In this document: piece by piece, positions 52,346-59,519 of the stretch
How positions within the stretch are numbered: the first letter of the stretch is position 1
Layout of the letters: every line of letters starts with the position of its first letter
NCBI GenBank assembly: GCA_030141605.1
Contig: JAQGDQ010001145.1
Coordinates: 1-59,519 of the forward strand
Direction: 5' to 3'
Origin: Tubiluchus corallicola
Lineage: Eukaryota; Animalia; Priapulida
Length of the DNA stretch: 59,519 bases
The notes under the pieces: generated by a model
The model's database searches: none
What the model was told of the DNA's origin: nothing
Seen by the model: the letters and a program-made list of their open reading frames with translations, nothing else
Translations under genes and position numbers: made by a program

Positions 52346-52760
52346 TTATAAATTATGAATTATGAATTATGAATTTATTCCACAGCAACTCAAACATACA
52401 TATAAATTGATATTACATTGAAAAAAAATAAACTATGCGAGTTACTGAGAGGAGGAGGAAGGAGCATTGAGCTTTCGAGTCCTCCTCCAGATAAGTGAAA
52501 CAATTGACAATTAACATTTTCATCAGTTATAACGTACATTAGAACAAAATAAGTTTTGTTAGTAACTTAAGATCAGGATGAGTAAAATTGTGAGTTAATT
52601 ATACCGTTGTAGTAGGTAATTCTTTGATGCTTTTTTAAATTGATAGAGATTAAGAGTTTTCATTTCACGCGGAACTGATAACCATATTTTAATAGCATTA
52701 TATTTTGATGACTGTTTCATTATATAAGAGTAAAGAAGTCACTATATAGAGTTTTACTTA
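52346..52760 (-). mobile_element. CR1/L2-group LINE 3' end
   Basis: Translation KYNAIKIWLSVPREMKTLNLYQFKKASKNYLLQRY*, then UTR, AATAAA and (AATTCAT)n tail. Confidence 0.72.
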
Positions 52761-53273
52761 TGACTTCAAACACTAGGCTAATGCAAAAAAGACTTACTGC
52801 GCAACACATAGGATAACAGCACAAGAGATGTTAAGAATATAAAAAGAACAAAACGTATAATGTAAGAAGGGTTAGTGGAGTTAATAAATAAATTGAATTG
52901 AATTGAATTGCTTATGAGAAAACAATAAGCAGAAAAGAACAATGAAATTTAACCTTTTCACTATGGAAGGCGGTACATTGCCGCCCAAGCTCAACATTAA
53001 GCCCAGTCACCCAGGTCTGTTTATTTCACTGCTAGTCACGGCCAACATTGTAGAAAAGTTTAACAGCCATGGGATTGGGGTTGCTTTGCAACAAATACAG
53101 CTAACCAGCCAATCAGCATCGAAAGCCAGGTGCATTCCATAATACTGTACTGTATTGTACGTTCTCATGTAAAATTGTTTGTTGATACTTGGTGAAAGGT
53201 GTTCAGGCACTTCTTCTGCATTTTTATAAAATAATTGTGTGTTATGGATTAGTAATATAGACTTTTGTGTAAC

Positions 53274-53274
<1 letters not shown>

Positions 53275-53312
<38 letters not shown>

Positions 53313-53362
53313 CGTGTGTGTGTGCGCGCATATATGTGTGCGCAGATGTGTGTGTATGTGTA
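53275..53362. repeat. (TG)n microsatellite
   Basis: Direct. Confidence 0.95.
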
Positions 53363-54563
53363 TAAATAAAACTAATATTCAATATTAGTGTTTAATAACA
53401 AATGGCTATCTGCTTACTTACAAGATTGTGTTTTAGTAACACACCACAAGAAGTTATTGTCAAAAGTGCAAAAGCCAAGGCGGCCCTGTTAAAAAGCAAC
53501 AACGCAGTGAAAGGGTTAAAGAAACTGCATTTAGTACCAAGTTGGTAATGGTACAACAGAAAGAAGTAGTAGAAAATCCGGCAAGTAAATGCAGAACTAA
53601 GGGAATTCTCGGAGATAACAACAACAACAATAGCCCTGTTAAGTGTGCTGTTAAAAATTCATATAGTCGATTACTAGCTTGCGATCTATGCAAACAAGTG
53701 GGGAAGATGGATGCGTCCTTCGCGGCAATCGAAAAACGTCGCCACAAAGCTTACACAAATTGCGCGTCTTAAATATTAAAAGCGCCTCCAATCACTCAAA
53801 ACTTCGTCAGACTCTAACAATGCTCATAAAACCACACTGCCAAACTACTGAAATATTCAACGACCGCACAATAGAACGCGTAACAATTAGGATACGAAAC
53901 TAAATATTTTATTCGCGCGTCAATAGCCGGATACCATACATAGCGAGAATTGATACTGGCAGTTTTAATTCAATATTAATAAGCAGCTATGATTGATCAA
54001 CACAATACCATCAGTTCACCTGGCTTAAGGTTGGCAACAGTTGCTACAGCATCTTTTAAAAATCGAGAGGATGAAGTTTATACGAAGGTTATCATATGCT
54101 AGTCTTAATTATCTTCATGCAGCACCGGGTAATTAAAGAAAGTTACAAAAGGAATAGCATTTTGGTGAGATAATGAAAATGAAATATTAAGCAAAATGCT
54201 AGTGTCATACATTCATTGATGCTGCGAATGATTCCACTACGTATCTCAACTCATCATTACATCCAGTTTTACACTTGAAAGTGGGCATGATTTGCTCCAG
54301 ATTATAGTTAAATAAGTTTTTTTAAAAATTTAGTATAAATACATTTTGATTAACATTTTATACCTTCAACGATCCTAATTCATTACATTATATGAAGCTA
54401 CAAGCTAGCATACGTGCAACGAACTTCTACTCCTTGTTTTTCACGTATGAAGCTACAAGCTAGCGTGCAATGAACTTCTACTCCCTGTTTTGCACATTAA
54501 ATAACAAAATTAGCAAAAGTGACACAAACAAACAAGAATTTAGTAACATTTCTATGCACTCAC

Positions 54564-54693
54564 TTTAGCGAGTTCATTCTCTATCACGTCTGCTCTCGTA
54601 AAAGCGGAGTCGAGCTGTGTGTAGAACCGTGCTCCGATCATTGGCATTATGTCATTCACACTACGAAGTCTTGGCTGATTCGTCAACAAATAC
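54564..54693 (-). CDS. PAN3: PAN3 exon (130 bp)
   Basis: ttttttag|G TAT; YLLTNQPRLRSVNDIMPMIGARFYTQLDSAFTRADVIENELAK|gtgagt; phases 2/0; not in the ORF track. Confidence 0.96.
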
Positions 54694-54792
54694 CTAAAAA
54701 ATGCACTTTATTTAATAATATATAAACACGTACACATAGGTAAATATTACAAGATAAGGTAGCAATCTGTAAGAATGTTATGAAATCATTAA

Positions 54793-55252
54793 CCCTTTCA
54801 TACCCGTTGCATCCCGTGGGATACCTGAATATTTTCTGCCTTTAAAATTAATAAAATTTTAAAACTGACAGTTATTTGATCTGTTAATAGTTATTTTGAT
54901 TTAAGCCAATAACAATAGACAAAAAATGGTGATAAAATGGCAAACTAGAAAATCTACATAGCATAAAAACTGCGCAAGGTACAGTACTTTAGAGACGACT
55001 TTGTATAGATCAGCATAAGCGTGCATACTAAATGTCTTAAATACTTTAAAAAATTATCAGCAGTTGCAAAATGAAGCACATTTTATGCTTCCATTGAATC
55101 CCAATGTATCCCGTGGGATACAGGCTATATTTAGCACGGGGGCACAGGTAGAAAAAAATAATTATTATGTGTAAACAAGATGGAGATACTGAACAAAAGT
55201 CCCAAGTCAAAATATTTTTCCTTATTACAAAAATAATTTGGGACTGAAAGGG
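54793..55252. mobile_element. piggyBac-like MITE family C, second copy
   Basis: TTAA|CCCTTTCA...TGAAAGGG|TTAA; reverse complement of 4090-4534. Confidence 0.9.
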
Positions 55253-55559
55253 TTAAGTTCATCTGTACTAAAAGTTTAATTATGAAATTTTTTACAAATG
55301 CAATACAAAACCTGCCCACACAAACACAAAGCCAGGGCTGGATTCACTAAAATGTTTCATACATAAAATCCCACGATATTACTGATAGAAATTTTTTTTA
55401 AATATGATAAGAAATGATGATACTTCAAAAACGCACTAATTTTCATGTTCAGATCATTCTAATATATAATCAAAAAGATCGTAAAATTAAAAAAACAGAC
55501 ACATTGCAGTAATAATTAAGAAAACACTTAGACAAAAGAAGCCATGTAACACAATGAAT

Positions 55560-56935
55560 GTTATTATTATTATTTTTATTATTATTTATTATTATTATTA
55601 TTAATATTATTATTATTATTATTATTATTTATTATTATTACTATTTATTATTATTAATATTATTATTTATTATTATTATTATTATTATTACTATTATTAC
55701 TATTTATTATTATTATTATTATTATCACATTCAGTACAGTATAATGACATTAAGCACACAGTGACATCAAAATTATTACATCTACTGTATTAAATTATTA
55801 TGTTTCATACACTATCGTTATCATAAAAGATTAATTGCTCAGCAGTGGGGCTAGAGAAGCAAAGGCTTGTATAAGCCCACTGTCATGTGAACCCGATAAA
55901 AAAAGAATGGATGAATGAACAAAAAAAAAGAACTGACAGAAAGGTTAGATCACAGAGGAAGGGTAGAAGGATGTGTTAGTGGAAATGGTAGGAAGAAAGA
56001 TAATTGATTGCGCTATGTTGACATCAGCTCTAAAGATTTATCAATGATGCCTTGTTTTGCATAATCTGTACAAGGATTGTGGTACGACTGCTGCAGTAGG
56101 TGTGGGAAATTAGAAAGTGTTGTACTTGTTGAGAATCATTGCTCTGTATTTCTTTTTAAATTTTTGAATTGGCTGAACAGTTTTTAATTCATCATTTATG
56201 TCACTGCGATTTATTCTTAGTGTAATTCAATTACTGTTGCAATACGCACAGGTGTTTAACAATTATGTGGAGAACATCCATGGTTCAGGCTCACTGCTAA
56301 TAGTAACTTTTGCAATTAACGAAGATACAACAATAGGGCGTGTTTTCGAAACGTCATCTTTTACAATTTTTTTTTATAATTTCAGAATTTTACGTACGTA
56401 TCAGTCGATCCTGGCATTAAAAATTTCATTAATATGTTATTAAGACTATTCTGAAGAGAGATTTTACTAATCTAACTGGCGAAGTTAATAAGATGAGATT
56501 CACGAAGCTTCTGTAGCAATTCCCATGCAAGGTTCATATACATAATTTCCATCAGAAATGGTACAGATTATGCAAAACAAGGCATCATTGATAAATCTTT
56601 AGAGCTTATGTCAACGTAGCGCAATCTATTATCTTTCTTCCTACCATTTCCACTAACACATCCTTCTACCCTTCCTGTGTGATCTAACCTTTCTCCCAGT
56701 TCTTTTTTTTGTTCACTCATCCATTCTTTTTTTATCGGGTTCACATGACAGTGGGCTTATACAAGCCTGTGCTTCTCTAGCCCTACTGCAGTACAATTAT
56801 TCTTTTATGATAACGATAGTGTATGAAACATAAGAATTTAATACAGTAGATGTAATAATTTTGATGTCACTGCGTGCTTAATGTCATTATATTGTACTGA
56901 ATGTGATAATAATAAACTAAAAACTAAAACTAAAA
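55560..56935. mobile_element. Two inverted copies of a CR1/L2-group LINE 3' end forming a ~350-bp inverted repeat
   Basis: Arms 55717-56071 and 56561-56913 are reverse complements; minus-strand INDELKTVQPIQKFKKKYRAMILNKYNTF* precedes the left arm; tails point outward. Confidence 0.8.
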
Positions 56936-57257
56936 AAGGTCTTATCAATGTTTAAAAATATGGCATTAAACAGTGAGTGAATGTTCATCTCAAATATCAT
57001 CAGCATCATTCATGATAGTGAAACGTACCGCATTGTTTATCATAGGCAAAATGTTTTTCCCATTCGGGAACGCATTCTCCGGAAAACTGTTAAAAATCAA
57101 GCGGTACATTTAATACGGCTGCGGTTTTACCAACGAAATCATTCGTAAGATAATTAGTGAATCCATCCCTGACTAAGCTACAATGAAGCGTACAACAGAC
57201 GAGAAACGACAGTGATAAAAACACTGAAGAAGAAGAAGAAGAGCAAACTGTGCTAAC

Positions 57258-57397
57258 AGGATAAGATTCTTGAGATCCCCGGAGTAGTTTCTTGCGACCA
57301 GCTCCAAGGAGTTGTGAATGTGCTCCCGCTGTATTGCCGCCACGGAGTTGCACGCTAATGCTAGGACTATCTTGCCTAAAGAGATCAGATCTTCTTG
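57258..57397 (-). CDS. PAN3: PAN3 exon (pseudokinase C-lobe); earlier exons lie beyond the window
   Basis: tttttcag|CAA; QEDLISLGKIVLALACNSVAAIQREHIHNSLELVARNYSGDLKNLI(L)|gttagc; phases 0/2. Confidence 0.96.
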
Positions 57398-57611
57398 CTG
57401 AAAAAAAATAAGTTTTCCATTTATCAACTGATCATTTGACAAGTTAATATGCAGTTCTTTTTTTTCATCGTTATATCTGCACTATGATAATCGCAGGACT
57501 GAGGTCCTGTCAATCTAAAAAAACAAGAAAAGAACCAAATGTTATCAAATCATTAATAAGATCTATAAAATTCTACTGTTTCGGACTTAGTGACTTCTGC
57601 TTTAGTCTCAA

Positions 57612-59243
57612 AAACAAATTCCCACCACAAAGTCAACACATATGTGCTTTCAGTACAAATTCCCACCACAAAATCAACACACATGTGCTTTCAGTACAAA
57701 TTCCCACCACAAAATCAACACACGTGCTTTCAGTACAAATTCCCACCACAAAATCAACACACATGTGCTTTCAGTACAAATTCCCACCACAAAATCAACA
57801 CATATGTGCTTTCAGTACAAATTCCCACCACAAAATCAACACATATGCACTTTCAGTACAAATCCCCACAACAACATCAACACGCTTTCAGTACAAATTC
57901 CCACCACAAAATCAACACACATGTGCTTTCAGTACAAATTCCCACCACAAAATCAACACACATGTGCTTTCAGTACAAATTCCCACCACAAAATCAACAC
58001 ACGTGCTTTCAGTACAAATTCCCACCACAAAATCAACACACGTGCTTTCAGTAAAAATTCCCACCACAAAATCAACACACATGCTTTCAGTACAAATTCC
58101 CACCACAAAATCAACACACGTGCTTTCAGTACAAATTCCCACCACAAAATCAACACATGTGCTTTCAGTACAAATTCCCACCACAAAATCAACACATATG
58201 TGCTTTCAGTACAAATTCCCACCACAAAATCAACACATATGTGCTTTCAGTACAAATTCCCACCACAAAATCAACACACGTGCTTTCAGTACAAATTCCC
58301 ACCACAAAATCAACACACGTGCTTTCAGTACAAATTCCCACCACAAAATCAACACATATGTGCTTTCAGTACAAATTCCCACCACAAAATCAACACATAT
58401 GTGCTTTCAGTACAAATTCCCACCACAAAATCAACACATATGCGCTTTCAGTACAAATCCCCACAACAACATCAACACGCTTTCAGTACAAATTCCCACC
58501 ACAAAATCAACACATATGTGCTTTCAGTTCAAATTCCCACCACAAAATCAACACACATGTGCTTTCAGTTCAAATTCCCACCACAAAATCAACACGCTTT
58601 CAGTACAAATTCCCACCACAAAATCAACACATATGTGCTTTCGGCACAAATTCCCACCACAAAATCAACACATGTGCTTTCAGTACAAATTCCCACCACT
58701 AAATCAACACACGTGCTTACAGTACAAATTCCCACCACAAAATCAACACATATGTGCTTTCAGTACAAATTCCCACCACAAAATCAACACATGTGCTTTC
58801 AGTACAAATTCCCACCACAAAATCAACACATGTGCTTTCAGTACAAATTCCCACAACAACATCAACACGCTTTCAGTACAAATTCCCACCACAAAATCAA
58901 CACATATGTGCTTTCAGTACAAATTCCCACCACAAAATCAACACATATGTGCTTTCAGTACAGATTCCCACCACAAAATCAACACACATGTGCTTTTAGT
59001 ACAAATTCCCACCACAAAATCAACACATATGTGTTTTCAGTACAAATTCCCACCACAAAATCAACACACATGTGCTCTCAGTACAAATTCCCACCACAAA
59101 ATCAACACATATGCACTTTCAGTACAAATTCCCACCACAAAATCAACACACATGTGCTCTCAGTACAAATTCCCACCACAAAATCAACACATATGTGCTC
59201 TCAGTACAAATTCCCACCACAAAATCAACACACATGTGCTTTC
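57612..59243. repeat. 35-41 bp minisatellite (TGTGCTTTCAGTACAAATTCCCACCACAAAATCAACACA), ~40 copies
   Basis: Head-to-tail units with no unique spacers. Confidence 0.97.
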
Positions 59244-59519
59244 GTTTCTACAAAACTCGAACACGGAGCTCCATGCTCCGTAACTGTTGCAAATTACATA
59301 TCTTGTAATCATACAAAACATACGCAAAACATCATACAAAACAAGTGAAATAAATACCTTTAAGCTGAATTATTCCAAGTGTTAAATTTGTAATGTCAAT
59401 CATACTTTCTATTTAACCGTGCATCGAGAACAAATCACAATAATTATAAATGACAGAATCCACAATTATGTCCTACGAACACAAATGTGAATGAATTCAA
59501 ACAAATAAAACACCGCTGC

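Noticed and set aside
57484-59348. 599-aa and 568-aa ORFs and a CRISPR-like periodic array
   Set aside because: Head-to-tail 35-41 bp units with no unique spacers and no cas genes, inside a eukaryotic intron; the ORFs are by-products of a stop-free repeat.
59350-59375. Minus-strand donor AAG|GTATTT as the preceding PAN3 exon
   Set aside because: The upstream sequence does not resemble the expected PAN3 pseudokinase segment; that exon is probably outside the window.

Overview
AT-rich, repeat-dense genomic DNA from an invertebrate animal, probably a protostome (inferred from the POU4 sequence; the species cannot be determined here). Two spliced genes lie in tandem on the minus strand. The first is the 3' part of PAN3 (deadenylase subunit): five exons from 57397 to the stop at 37687, with a probable ~2.8 kb 3' UTR. 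The second is a complete two-exon POU4/Brn3 gene (15713-13761, 323 aa). Between them is an unassigned coding-like exon (~30361-29945) whose phase-0 donor fits POU4 exon 2. The rest is hAT, piggyBac-like and Kolobok-like MITEs, a tRNA-derived Meta-domain SINE family, LINE 3' fragments and many mini/microsatellites, which explain most long ORFs in the track. The most notable findings are a twister ribozyme heading a ~500 bp non-autonomous RTE element in sense orientation inside a PAN3 intron, the candidate alternative POU4 5' exon, a 108 bp LTR-like element with a perfect tRNA-Leu primer-binding site, and a tandem array of RFX X-box motifs upstream of POU4. No prokaryotic features or CRISPR arrays. 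Family assignments come from motif recognition, not database searches.
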